The notes beneath the pieces were generated by a model. It did not search any database. It saw only the letters and a list, made by a program, of their open reading frames with translations, and had not been told where the DNA came from. The translations under genes were made by a program, and so were the position numbers. From Ignavibacteriota bacterium (GTDB lineage: Bacteria > Bacteroidota > Ignavibacteria > UBA10030), in the NCBI GenBank assembly GCA_963701295.1, contig OY969585.1, positions 2,784,001 through 2,848,000 on the forward strand: a stretch of 64,000 bases of DNA. Direction: 5' to 3'. Of the stretch, positions 10,535 to 20,652 are shown piece after piece; positions within the stretch are counted from its first letter, which is position 1; every line of letters starts with the position of its first letter.

Positions 10535-12313
10535 TCAGTGTTGTATATGTGATGGGGAAGTCTTTGTTGTATTCTTATCAGTCGGCGCTTCTTGCTTTCC
10601 TGTTTCCATTTTTTTTCCATAATCCAACCATTTATAGGTTGTCAGTTGAGGAAAACCCGGGATAAAAACAGGAAATGGAACATTGTTCTCAAGAACAAAC
10701 ACATCAATACTTGTTAATTTGATATTGTTAAACTTGTCTACATTGATTTCTGTACCATCACTGTACTTTCGACGCAATGAATCTACGTATGGATCCAAAT
10801 ATTTCGTGATGATATCCATTTGTCCATTATCATTTACACCTATTGATTTTAAATAGGCATATCTTTGCCAGAGGCTGAGAATTGCATCTTGCCACATTTC
10901 TGTGTAATGCACTACTGTTGGATATCGATCGAAGCCACGATTGTACGCTTCCTGTGTCAGATATCTATCACGCACCATATCAACTATAGCCAGCATAAGC
11001 TGTTTGGCAATATTACGCTTATGCAGATTTTTATTTCGGAAAATAAGAGGATGACGCTCTATTTCCTTAATAACATCATCCACTGTCCATATTTTCCCAT
11101 CTATGGTAAGAAGAGGTGAATCATGGAGTGCTTTGAGATTACGTTCAATATCATTGGAATCTGGGTTTTCCTGAGGATACATTTTAAATGTCTCGCTAAG
11201 CATTGTTTCTTCTTTTTCTTTTTTTGATACGAGATAATGAGGTGCAATGATGTCTACAAATTTCTTGAATGCGTTTGGTTCGAATTGCAACGTTTTTCCT
11301 TGCATTAAACGCATAATAAAGTGATCATAATGATTATCGGCTTGTTCGCGAGTCAATTCTTGATTGACATCATCCCAACGATTGGAAATTTGTTTTTCTG
11401 AGGCAGCCACATGGTCGGTCCATCCCTTCACGCGTATAAAAAGATTGCTCTCGTCATTCACCTGCACTGGCCCTAGGACTTGATTTACCGCAGGATGATT
11501 CTCAAACAAGGCTTTACAGACTTCCTTGTTTTCCTTTGACATCCAATTGATATCTCTCTGCGGAAGACTATCCCGCCCTGATACTGCACGGTATATATCG
11601 GTGAAAGATGCTGCTGAAGTATCAAGAATTTGTTTGACTACTGCTGCTGCAGAATCATTTGGAATGGTAAAGAATTCAATATGGTAAGTCCTACCTGCAT
11701 TTTCGTACGCTCTTTTGAGCATTGTTGTATCTAACGTTACTTTTGCAGTTCCTTCGGCATAATACATTACATTACGCATAAGTTGTTCTTTTCGCCCCTG
11801 AAGCATTCTTTGAAAGGATTCATTTTCCATGAGTTCGTTATCTTTTTTTGCTTCGAGAACTAACATTTTTTCAGCAAGTAAAGAGTTCAATATAATTTTA
11901 TTTTCCAAGCCGCCATTCCCTTTGCAATAGGTTGGACGGATAGTGTATTCGGCTCGGCGGATGAATTCATCAACAAGAATTGTCTTGCCGCCGATTCTTG
12001 CGAGTACTCTACTGGTATCCACGATGGGAAGGTCAAGTAAGGTTACTTTATTGTTCTTCTTTAAAGTTGGCTTTTTGCTGGATATCAGACTTTCTTTATT
12101 TATTCTAATGCTATCCTGTTTCACATATTGACAGAGACTAATTTGGTTTTGAGACGTCGACTGTGCAGATCGAAGCACTAGAACATTTTGCGATCTACCC
12201 TGAGTAGTCATTGTGAGAAGCAACAACACTGTACAAGGATGGAAAACACCTCTAAATTTATCTGACAGCATATACGTAAAAATCTCCAAAAAGAAAGCTA
12301 TGCCCACATTCAA
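10535..12313 (-). CDS. Exported SurA/PPIase-like hypothetical protein
   Basis: LARIGGKTILVDEFIRRAE and LNSLLAEKML SurA-N-like helices; directly follows the PorV-family gene. Confidence 0.5.
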   Translation of the reverse strand: MNVGIAFFLEIFTYMLSDKFRGVFHPCTVLLLLTMTTQGRSQNVLVLRSAQSTSQNQISLCQYVKQDSIRINKESLISSKKPTLKKNNKVTLLDLPIVDTSRVLARIGGKTILVDEFIRRAEYTIRPTYCKGNGGLENKIILNSLLAEKMLVLEAKKDNELMENESFQRMLQGRKEQLMRNVMYYAEGTAKVTLDTTMLKRAYENAGRTYHIEFFTIPNDSAAAVVKQILDTSAASFTDIYRAVSGRDSLPQRDINWMSKENKEVCKALFENHPAVNQVLGPVQVNDESNLFIRVKGWTDHVAASEKQISNRWDDVNQELTREQADNHYDHFIMRLMQGKTLQFEPNAFKKFVDIIAPHYLVSKKEKEETMLSETFKMYPQENPDSNDIERNLKALHDSPLLTIDGKIWTVDDVIKEIERHPLIFRNKNLHKRNIAKQLMLAIVDMVRDRYLTQEAYNRGFDRYPTVVHYTEMWQDAILSLWQRYAYLKSIGVNDNGQMDIITKYLDPYVDSLRRKYSDGTEINVDKFNNIKLTSIDVFVLENNVPFPVFIPGFPQLTTYKWLDYGKKMETGKQEAPTDKNTTKTSPSHIQH

Positions 12314-12566
12314 TAGAGTGTTCTATGAAATAGCTCTCTACATGTTGCATAAAAGCTCCAGTGATATCGCATAGCGACAGCAGCGAGCGAATTGTATTTT
12401 CTCAATGCAGCCTCAGAAAATCAATATACCGAAGATAAGTGGCTATAGAGCTTTTTCTATCATCTCACAATTTATAAGGTCAATAGCCACTATCGCTTCT
12501 TTGTTTGTCGGATGCATAAGTTTTTTAGTTTTTATATCTTAGCATTAATCTCTTTCGATCAGATGT

Positions 12567-13661
12567 CTAAAATAGCAAACTCACACCTACAGCTTGTACA
12601 CCGCCAAGGATTCCGATACTTCTATAAGCATATTCCACTTTTATGCTTTGATTGGACATCGTATTCACCTGTAAACCTATTCCGTACGACGCGCCATATT
12701 GCGAGTCTTCCATAAAGAGGGCTTTATACCCTCCGCGCAGAAATATTTTTCCGAAACTCGGAAAGTTCAGCGAGTATTGTGCTCCAACATTGACTGATTC
12801 ACTATTGTTGTTTGGGTGCAACGCATCCACCGAGAGAATGATCTCGTGAACATCGGTCAGAAGAGGTGTTACAGAGACTCCAACTCGGAAAATCAACGGC
12901 AATTCCCACTCTTGTGTCGAAAGTCTTCCGGGTGCACTTTGATAATTTCCAGCAGAATTGGGATCTACATCAATCGGAGTTAAAAGATCGAGGCCATCGT
13001 ATTTGAGTGTCGTACCATAATTGGAAATACTCATACCGATATTGAGTCCGTGTTCGTTTCTGCTTGTGGGAGAGAAGAAATCTGTTTTGATAAGGACACC
13101 TAAATCAAAAGCAAGTGCCGACGCACTTTCGTGCCAAATAGAACTGGTGACAATCTTGCCCGTAGCTCCAACAGAAAACCATTCCGTAAGGTTTCTTGCA
13201 AATGAAAGGCTAAAAGCCATGTCTCTGGCCGTGAACTTTTCTCCTGTGCCTTCCTGCATACTCATTGTTGTTACGTCCATATCCCCATAATCCATCATAA
13301 TAAAGTTTGCACCAATAGTTCCAAAACTCGGTATGATGATGCCGACCCCCCCAAACGTTGTGTTCATCCCTACCAGCCAGGGTTGAGTGACGAACATGAC
13401 TTCACTTCTGCTCATCTGTGCAAGTCCTGCAGGATTCCAATAGCTTGAAGATGCATCATTCGCTAAACTTACATATGCATCACCCAAAGCACTTCCTGCT
13501 GCCCCATAACCTATTTCCAGAAAATTGGCCGATGTCGTGCCAGCTCGCATCGGCTTCTGTGCAAATGAAGAGATCGACATGATCATCATTGCCGCGATGA
13601 GTACGATCGATCTGTTGAATGAATGTTGTCTCATAGGATTCTCTCTCTTTATTTTGCTCAA
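12567..13661 (-). CDS. PorV/PorQ-family outer-membrane beta-barrel
   Basis: GTTSANFLEIGYGAAGSALGDAYVSLANDASSSYWNPAGLA N-terminal signature; C-terminal Phe. Confidence 0.85.
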   Translation of the reverse strand: MSKIKRENPMRQHSFNRSIVLIAAMMIMSISSFAQKPMRAGTTSANFLEIGYGAAGSALGDAYVSLANDASSSYWNPAGLAQMSRSEVMFVTQPWLVGMNTTFGGVGIIIPSFGTIGANFIMMDYGDMDVTTMSMQEGTGEKFTARDMAFSLSFARNLTEWFSVGATGKIVTSSIWHESASALAFDLGVLIKTDFFSPTSRNEHGLNIGMSISNYGTTLKYDGLDLLTPIDVDPNSAGNYQSAPGRLSTQEWELPLIFRVGVSVTPLLTDVHEIILSVDALHPNNNSESVNVGAQYSLNFPSFGKIFLRGGYKALFMEDSQYGASYGIGLQVNTMSNQSIKVEYAYRSIGILGGVQAVGVSLLF

Positions 13662-13668
13662 TAATTAT

Positions 13669-16600
13669 TTATTTGATTACTGCAAATTTACCGAGTTTTT
13701 CCTTTCCAGTGACATTTGATTTTATATGGTATATGTAGACGCCTGCAGCAATGTCCAATCCTTCTTTGGTCAGCATATTCCATTTATACGTGCCATTATC
13801 TGGAGCGTTATCGATATCAATCTGCCGTATAAATACTCCGCTCGATGTAAATATTTTTAAGGTACTTTGCGCGGGGATGTGTGTAAAGAGCAGAACTCGT
13901 TGCTGATTAAACCCTTGATTTGCTATGTAGGGTTCCATTGTGTTAGTTACAAGATACGGATTAGGCACTACCTTAATTTGCGACATATCATCATCTATCT
14001 TTGATACATTTGTAATATTCGCAAGGTTTACTATAAACATAATCGAATCTTTCAGCGCGTTTATAAATTTCATACGATAGACATCGCCTGGATGGGGCAT
14101 CCCATTGGGAAAGCGAAAGCCAAATATTGTCCCGGCTGTTGCAATTTGACCAGGATTGGGAGTAATAGTATATGATACAAGCACAAAATCAGAATCCGGA
14201 TCGTACCTCCCATTGCCATTCACATCTTGCACCACCATATCAAGCTGTTCATAGCCTTTATACCCTGCAGCCGTTGAATCTCGAAATGACTTGTTAATTA
14301 TGTGGAATGGAAATGATTGACCTAACAATGCTTTCGCTGGCATAACTATTTTATTGGTGACATCATAAATACTGGTCGGGTTCGTTTTCCGATTGATTAT
14401 CGATTTGTACGATGGTTCCAGAGTCGTATCAATAAATATAATATCGTAGTCATAAGCAAAATAGAGTGAGCGTACGATGTTGCGCTCTATGTCAATCGGT
14501 ATGGCTCCCGTCTGCCAGCCGCTGCCCAAACTGTCAAACGCAGGAATATCTGAGAATGGCTTTATCAAGAACTGCATGCCATCAGTCACATTCGTTGTTA
14601 TACCGCTGCTGCTGGGCCGCAAGAAAGTTAAAGGAGCGTTGCCAATGGTGTCTGTTTTTTTTACCCAGTTACTCGGGATGTTATCGGTTGGAGTTTCCTT
14701 GCAAAGGACTGTATCATTTAACGTGGCATCTGAGATAGAATAACCTGTTGTGGAAAGGAATGCATCTCGTTTACTTCGGCTAGATGCACTTGCATAAGAA
14801 GCGATGGTATCAGCATGGAACTTGATTTTATACAAGTGATTGGCTTTAATGAGGTCCGAATTGAAAAATGTTGACTGAATCGTACAGCTTCCTAATACAT
14901 TTGCAGAGTCGATGAAATTTATTTTAGGATCACTATACCCTGCTGCTCGTTGATGTGGCGTAACCACTTGAACATTAGATCCCATCGACAGGATATTCCC
15001 AGATTCGTCAATATCAATTGTTATATTGTTTTCTGTTGGAGGGATGTTTACTGCAAGATTTCCTACTCCTTTCAAACCATAATTATATGCGCATAATGCA
15101 TAGTAATATGTTCGTCCGTTTTGGACATCATTATCAATATAGCAATGTGTAATGCCAGAGTTGTTTCCAAGATAATACGAGAGGCCGTTGTTTTGCGCAT
15201 AATCGGCAAAACCAGAATAAGAATCTATAAGATCGCACTGGAATATCGGTAACTTACCTGCTGCGTTGCCGTACCCATCGCGGAGAACTTCTGCATCCTG
15301 AAAATATTTATCAGTGGCCTTGTATAACTTGTACCCTTCAAAGTCATTTATACCGCCTAAAAACGGCTGACGCGTGAGCTTGTCAGCTCTATTGTCCCAG
15401 TACAGATAGACTTTACCATCAGCAGCTTTGGCAGTGAGCGTTGGAGTAAGCGGTGGTTGTGCAAATCGATAACTGTTTCTATAAATGGATTGAACGATTT
15501 TTAACTTCGAATAGAGAGAAGGTGCCGGGTGATTGTCCGCGGCATTATTCAAACCAGTGAGATCATCGTACGAATTCACATTTGCCATCGAAAGACGTTC
15601 AGTTCTTCCCTGTTCAAGACGAAACGTACCTGACCCAAAAGCAGCATAGAGGTTCGCTGGCTTTCCGGGATATGGCGCAAGCCGGTGAGCAGCAAGCGTA
15701 TCATAAACTACCGGATCATCCCAAAGTTGAAGAGCGCCATCCTTTTGCGGATGCGGAAACATGACAAACGAAGTAAGACCGATCATATCTGATTCGCCTA
15801 CGTCTGTACTCGCAAAATTCGGCTCTGCACCAACACCATCCTTAAAATCGGGTTTGTGATTACACTCTGTGCCATCGGCATCGGGCCCTGTATAGTTAAG
15901 GTCGCTAGGGCCGACACCATCAAGCCCAATATCATCGCCTGCGTCTTCACCATTATCATATACTCCATTTCCATTTTTATCGTTGCCATCCACCCAATCG
16001 CCATTTTCATCAGCAGGCCACCAGACTCCATTCTGTATTGCAGGCACTTGATCCAAGCTTGCATAGCCGAAGTAAGCACAAAATTTGGCTGTGTCATGTG
16101 TTGCGATAAATGCCGCACGTACCGCATCCTTTCCTACAATCTTAGGAGGCAAGCCATGCCATGAATCTTCTGCGGTGTTGTCGCGCCGCTCATCGACCAT
16201 ACCATTATTATTATTATCTATCCCATCTGTATAGTTACCGGGGCTTTCGAGAAACGCCCATCCACTTACACAGGGTTTCCCACCTCCAAAACCAGTTCCA
16301 CTCAGCGACCATGTGTACATGAAACTTTGAGGAACATCGTAATACCCGACTTGATCCTCTGCTGCAGACGTGGGTGATTTGTTGCCGTTGGCTGCATCAA
16401 GATAAAATCCAAACACTGCTCGCGTTAAGTCGTAATCTGAAATATTTGAAATGTTATATTCGAAGAAAACAGCATCCCTCGCCTCTTGATTATTCCATTG
16501 ATATGCCCGAATTTCAGCACGTATTCCTAACCCACCCCAGGGATCTCCCTTCTGGATAGAGATATCATTTGGATGAAGATCGCCAATTTTCACTTTAGGT

Positions 16601-17319
16601 CGTGGATAAAATTTTACGGGTAGGTTTGGCTGTAGATTTTCCTGATCCTGTGCATCGTTACAAACCCAATAAGCTTCAAGATCGGCATACTTCACTCCTC
16701 TACCAAATCTACCATTCCACTCTCCAGGCCACTTCGTATCCATTCCACGGGAGGGCCATCCTGTTAGAGGCCATGATCCAGAATTATTGCTCATAGCTGG
16801 AGTTTCACCTGCTGGATTGAAATAGCCAAACACAGGGTAGAATCCCCACTCATAGGGCTCGACACCGTTTCCTATCGGATGCGGCACCGGACCATCCATG
16901 AAGCCAGGCTGAATCGAGGAACTCTGTATATATTTTATTGTATCCAATAGTCCCTGGCTTAAAAGACTCTGGATTTCCGCTTCATTAGTAACGGGAACGG
17001 AATCAAATGGGCAAGTAGGGCATTTTTTAATAAACACCATATTGCCGACAACGAGATTAAAGCTGTCGAATACGTTCAGTCCCGTTGCATCATTTGGCCA
17101 AAGAGAAACAAGCGGACTTGGCCACCCTCCGAAAGAAACTTTGTTGATTATCTGCAGAGAAACCCTGTTGCCGTTCATCAAACCTAATCGGCTCGCACTG
17201 GGATCACCCGCTTCATCTGTTGGTCCTTGGTACGGAATACTTTGTGCTTTTAGTTCTGTCCTTAACAATACCATGCTCACAGCAAATAAAAGCAGTGTGA
17301 CATAACGATGAAAATTCAT
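13669..17319 (-). CDS. Large secreted protein with Fn3-like region, DxD/NxDG repeats and atypical T9SS-like C-terminal domain
   Basis: Signal peptide; DNNNNG and DKNGNG motifs; DGKVYLYWD...FEGYKLYK; C-terminal IKVVPNPY...IAAGVYIYH. Confidence 0.7.
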   Translation of the reverse strand: MNFHRYVTLLLFAVSMVLLRTELKAQSIPYQGPTDEAGDPSASRLGLMNGNRVSLQIINKVSFGGWPSPLVSLWPNDATGLNVFDSFNLVVGNMVFIKKCPTCPFDSVPVTNEAEIQSLLSQGLLDTIKYIQSSSIQPGFMDGPVPHPIGNGVEPYEWGFYPVFGYFNPAGETPAMSNNSGSWPLTGWPSRGMDTKWPGEWNGRFGRGVKYADLEAYWVCNDAQDQENLQPNLPVKFYPRPKVKIGDLHPNDISIQKGDPWGGLGIRAEIRAYQWNNQEARDAVFFEYNISNISDYDLTRAVFGFYLDAANGNKSPTSAAEDQVGYYDVPQSFMYTWSLSGTGFGGGKPCVSGWAFLESPGNYTDGIDNNNNGMVDERRDNTAEDSWHGLPPKIVGKDAVRAAFIATHDTAKFCAYFGYASLDQVPAIQNGVWWPADENGDWVDGNDKNGNGVYDNGEDAGDDIGLDGVGPSDLNYTGPDADGTECNHKPDFKDGVGAEPNFASTDVGESDMIGLTSFVMFPHPQKDGALQLWDDPVVYDTLAAHRLAPYPGKPANLYAAFGSGTFRLEQGRTERLSMANVNSYDDLTGLNNAADNHPAPSLYSKLKIVQSIYRNSYRFAQPPLTPTLTAKAADGKVYLYWDNRADKLTRQPFLGGINDFEGYKLYKATDKYFQDAEVLRDGYGNAAGKLPIFQCDLIDSYSGFADYAQNNGLSYYLGNNSGITHCYIDNDVQNGRTYYYALCAYNYGLKGVGNLAVNIPPTENNITIDIDESGNILSMGSNVQVVTPHQRAAGYSDPKINFIDSANVLGSCTIQSTFFNSDLIKANHLYKIKFHADTIASYASASSRSKRDAFLSTTGYSISDATLNDTVLCKETPTDNIPSNWVKKTDTIGNAPLTFLRPSSSGITTNVTDGMQFLIKPFSDIPAFDSLGSGWQTGAIPIDIERNIVRSLYFAYDYDIIFIDTTLEPSYKSIINRKTNPTSIYDVTNKIVMPAKALLGQSFPFHIINKSFRDSTAAGYKGYEQLDMVVQDVNGNGRYDPDSDFVLVSYTITPNPGQIATAGTIFGFRFPNGMPHPGDVYRMKFINALKDSIMFIVNLANITNVSKIDDDMSQIKVVPNPYLVTNTMEPYIANQGFNQQRVLLFTHIPAQSTLKIFTSSGVFIRQIDIDNAPDNGTYKWNMLTKEGLDIAAGVYIYHIKSNVTGKEKLGKFAVIK

Positions 17320-17370
17320 AACTCTCTCCTTATAGAATATAGTTCTTATCTTGCTTTCTCAACAACTTAC

Positions 17371-20172
17371 TTAAAACATAAATTCAAGTCCCAATTTTAT
17401 AAACCTGGGATTTGTGAAGTTAGATGGATCGTCATCCCTATTGTAAATCGTACTGAAGTTGCTCCGATAGGCAGTAAAATCAGTTGGTAGATAAATTACG
17501 TCATTTGCTCGCCCTGTTGTCGCGTTCACAGTTTGTTCATTGAGCCTGTCGAAGAGATTGTAGACAAGCAGCGTTAGTCTTGTACGAGTCTTTCCTGCTG
17601 TCCATAAGTTGACAAAGGCATTGAGATCGAACGAGACCTGAACTGGCTTTGTAGAATTATTGAGCTGAAGGTTGACATTTGCTTGTGGACTTGACGATAG
17701 AGGCGCCCATGTGTACGGTTCACCGGAATCAAAACGTCCGATGATTGAACAGCCATAACTTTCTGTAATATATGCAAGCGACGCATTGAGTGTATGCCGT
17801 TGATCAAAGTCCATAGGAACGAGAACAACTACTGAATCTAGCCTTTGGCCGGCACGTGTAAAATTTTGCGTCGGAGTATTAGAATTACCGCGCGTATACT
17901 GAAGTGTATAATTTATTCCGGCCGACCAATTACCTGAGGAATAATCATATTTAAGTTCCAGCCCGCGTACATTTCCATAATCTTTGTTGCTGTATAATCC
18001 ATAATGAATTGCATTATACGTCATGATGGTTTGTGTGCCTAACAGATCGTATATATCGCGATAATAGACTGCAACTTCCAAACTCATCGACGAACTTAAT
18101 TCTTGCCACAAGCCAGTTTCATATTGAATGGTTTTTTGGGGCTTCACAAGCGGATTACCCATGAGGACTGAATAATCGCCTCCGACAACATGATAATGGT
18201 CTGTGTACAATGCATACAGCGGCGGCATCTGGAAAAAATGTCCATAAGAGAATCGAAGAAGCGCTGTTTCACCTAGTTTATATGAAAGACCTAAACGTGG
18301 GCTGAGTTGGCTATTGGCTGGAGCTAATGGGTATACGCTTTGAGGACTATTAATTATGGAATTGTCTGGATTTCGAGGATCAGATGGATAAGTGATGTTC
18401 GGTTCGAAGTAATCATACCTCAGACCGAAGTTGATAACCATGAGATCAAACTCCATTTTATCCTGCAAATACAACGCACATTCCCACGGTTGTACTGAAT
18501 AGATATCTGTTGATGGTGATTTCGGATCAGTAACGAGTAATGGTTTATAATTAAGATATATTCTATTTCCATCAATTATAGTATCTAGATTTCCACCTTG
18601 GTTCACAATCGTAGAGTTGAAGCGATTAATATTATGCCGAGTAAAATCGATCCCGGATTTCAACGTATGATGTTTGTTCAACTGCCATGTAGCATCAAAT
18701 TTAACTTTGTAATCTTCAATCCAGTTGTTATCCCAAGTTTTATCCTGGCCTCCCGTAGAAAATCCTGGTCCCGTTTCACTTGAATAATTATCGCTCACAT
18801 AGCTATAAACAGGCAGCCCAATCACATTTAGGCTATCTCCGCCAGCGGAATTTTTTATAGTTTCCATCGGGTTTTTAAAGCAATAGATGGCATTCCAGTC
18901 TTTAAAATAGCTCGCTTTCAATTCATAGAAAAATGAAGACGAGAGTGCATGGTTCAGCGTCGCTGTAAGTAGTTGTGATGTTTCATAATTGGTTGCCATT
19001 CCTTCCGGATTGTATTTGTAAAAGTGATTATAGGTTCCGCGCCCACTGCTTCCATTATCACCTTTGGCATCATTATAAGAATACTCGAGCGAAGACCTTA
19101 TATTCTGCCATGGTTTAAAGGAAAGTTTTCCGTAAAAGGTCATATTCGTACTCGTTTCTATTGGCACAACAGCATTGTCTCCCGTATGATCTGATTGCCA
19201 TTGCGTCGGATCTTGTGCTTCCCAATTACTATAATTATCCGGTTTAAAGCGGCGTATACCGTTACGCGGACCGACATTATTTTGGTAACGACCGTTGACA
19301 AAAAAGGTAAGTGCATTTCCAATAACGGGACCTTCGAGATATAATTTATAGTCTTCGTTCCCGTTTCGGGAAAAATCAGATAATCGTGACAACGCGAGAT
19401 TGTTAAAAACATCTGTGTTCGATGTAAAATAATCACCCGCAGAAGCTGAGGCAGAACCCTTGAACGTGCTGCCTCCATCCTTTGTAATTGCGTTGACCAC
19501 TCCGCTCATCGCATTGCCATATTCAGCATTAAATGTTCCTGTGATGACTTCAACTTCCTCAATGGCTTCGTTCTCCACCGTTACTGATCTCCCAAGATTA
19601 TACGCCTCCTGTACTTTGACGCCATTGACAAGATACGCTACCTCGTTGTCTCGTCCGCCTCGAAAATGCCCGCGCACAACACCGGCTTGCAACCCTACGA
19701 CTTGGTCAAGGTTTTCAACCGGAAGCGCATTCATTTGCTCAGAAGTTATGTTACTTACTGAACTTGTTTGATCCTTCTTCTGTTGAATACGCTCAACAGT
19801 AACAACAACTTCCTTTTCCTGAATCACTCCTTCTTTTAGTTTGAAGTCTGCTGTAGTCGTTCTGTTGACCGATATTACAAGGTCTCGGATCACCACCGGT
19901 TCATACCCAATCATGCTCGCACGTAATCGATACGTGCCTGGAGGGACGTTAATAATAAAATAATCGCCATCAACATCTGTTACAGTCCCCATACTTGTCT
20001 TTTCAATGGTAATATTTACTCCTATCAAAGGCACACCTCCTGCATCGGTTACCCTGCCTGAAATCTTTCCAGTGGTCTGAGCAAGACCTATAGCTGTCAG
20101 TGTGGATAGAAGCATTATCATAATGCACACTATCTGGATCTGCCATTTTACTGTGAATTGAATATTTGCCAT
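17371..20172 (-). CDS. TonB-dependent receptor with N-terminal carboxypeptidase-regulatory-like domain
   Basis: GKISGRVTD, RGGRDNE plug, FNAEYGNAMSGVVN, SPRLG, C-terminal Phe. Confidence 0.9.
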   Translation of the reverse strand: MANIQFTVKWQIQIVCIMIMLLSTLTAIGLAQTTGKISGRVTDAGGVPLIGVNITIEKTSMGTVTDVDGDYFIINVPPGTYRLRASMIGYEPVVIRDLVISVNRTTTADFKLKEGVIQEKEVVVTVERIQQKKDQTSSVSNITSEQMNALPVENLDQVVGLQAGVVRGHFRGGRDNEVAYLVNGVKVQEAYNLGRSVTVENEAIEEVEVITGTFNAEYGNAMSGVVNAITKDGGSTFKGSASASAGDYFTSNTDVFNNLALSRLSDFSRNGNEDYKLYLEGPVIGNALTFFVNGRYQNNVGPRNGIRRFKPDNYSNWEAQDPTQWQSDHTGDNAVVPIETSTNMTFYGKLSFKPWQNIRSSLEYSYNDAKGDNGSSGRGTYNHFYKYNPEGMATNYETSQLLTATLNHALSSSFFYELKASYFKDWNAIYCFKNPMETIKNSAGGDSLNVIGLPVYSYVSDNYSSETGPGFSTGGQDKTWDNNWIEDYKVKFDATWQLNKHHTLKSGIDFTRHNINRFNSTIVNQGGNLDTIIDGNRIYLNYKPLLVTDPKSPSTDIYSVQPWECALYLQDKMEFDLMVINFGLRYDYFEPNITYPSDPRNPDNSIINSPQSVYPLAPANSQLSPRLGLSYKLGETALLRFSYGHFFQMPPLYALYTDHYHVVGGDYSVLMGNPLVKPQKTIQYETGLWQELSSSMSLEVAVYYRDIYDLLGTQTIMTYNAIHYGLYSNKDYGNVRGLELKYDYSSGNWSAGINYTLQYTRGNSNTPTQNFTRAGQRLDSVVVLVPMDFDQRHTLNASLAYITESYGCSIIGRFDSGEPYTWAPLSSSPQANVNLQLNNSTKPVQVSFDLNAFVNLWTAGKTRTRLTLLVYNLFDRLNEQTVNATTGRANDVIYLPTDFTAYRSNFSTIYNRDDDPSNFTNPRFIKLGLEFMF

Positions 20173-20446
20173 ATAAGAAATCCTCCAATATTTCCTTCTC
20201 AGAATCTTCCGAGCAAAAAGCTTCTCCTTTCGCCAGAAATGAATCTAGAGATAATCGTGAATTTATCTTGTTATTTGAGAACTCAGTAAATACCACTTCA
20301 TATAAAGAAAATTATTCTCTTTCCTTTACGGGGATTTGAACCCGTTTGAAAAGTACTGCCCACGAATGTATCGCTTTCATCTCTTTCTTATACTAAACTC
20401 AAAATCCCAAACTCTTTGAACTCTTCAATGACACTATGAAAATATC

Positions 20447-20590
20447 CTACTTGAGCAATAATAATTTCTTTACATCCGTGAAATTCTCTGTCTGTAAATT
20501 ATAGAAATATACTCCGCTCGATGTATTCGACGCCTCATAACAAATTTCAATATTTCCTGTTATTTGTTTCTTGCTATATATGAGCGTTGC
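20447..20590 (-). pseudogene. Orphan T9SS C-terminal sorting domain relic
   Basis: Manual translation ATLIYSKKQITGNIEICYEASNTSSGVYFYNLQTENFTDVKKLLLLK*, with no cargo gene attached. Confidence 0.75.
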
Positions 20591-20652
20591 ATTTACAGGA
20601 AATGTCAATCTTCTTCAGATGTTGGAAGAAGAACATAAAAATAATCGGAAAC

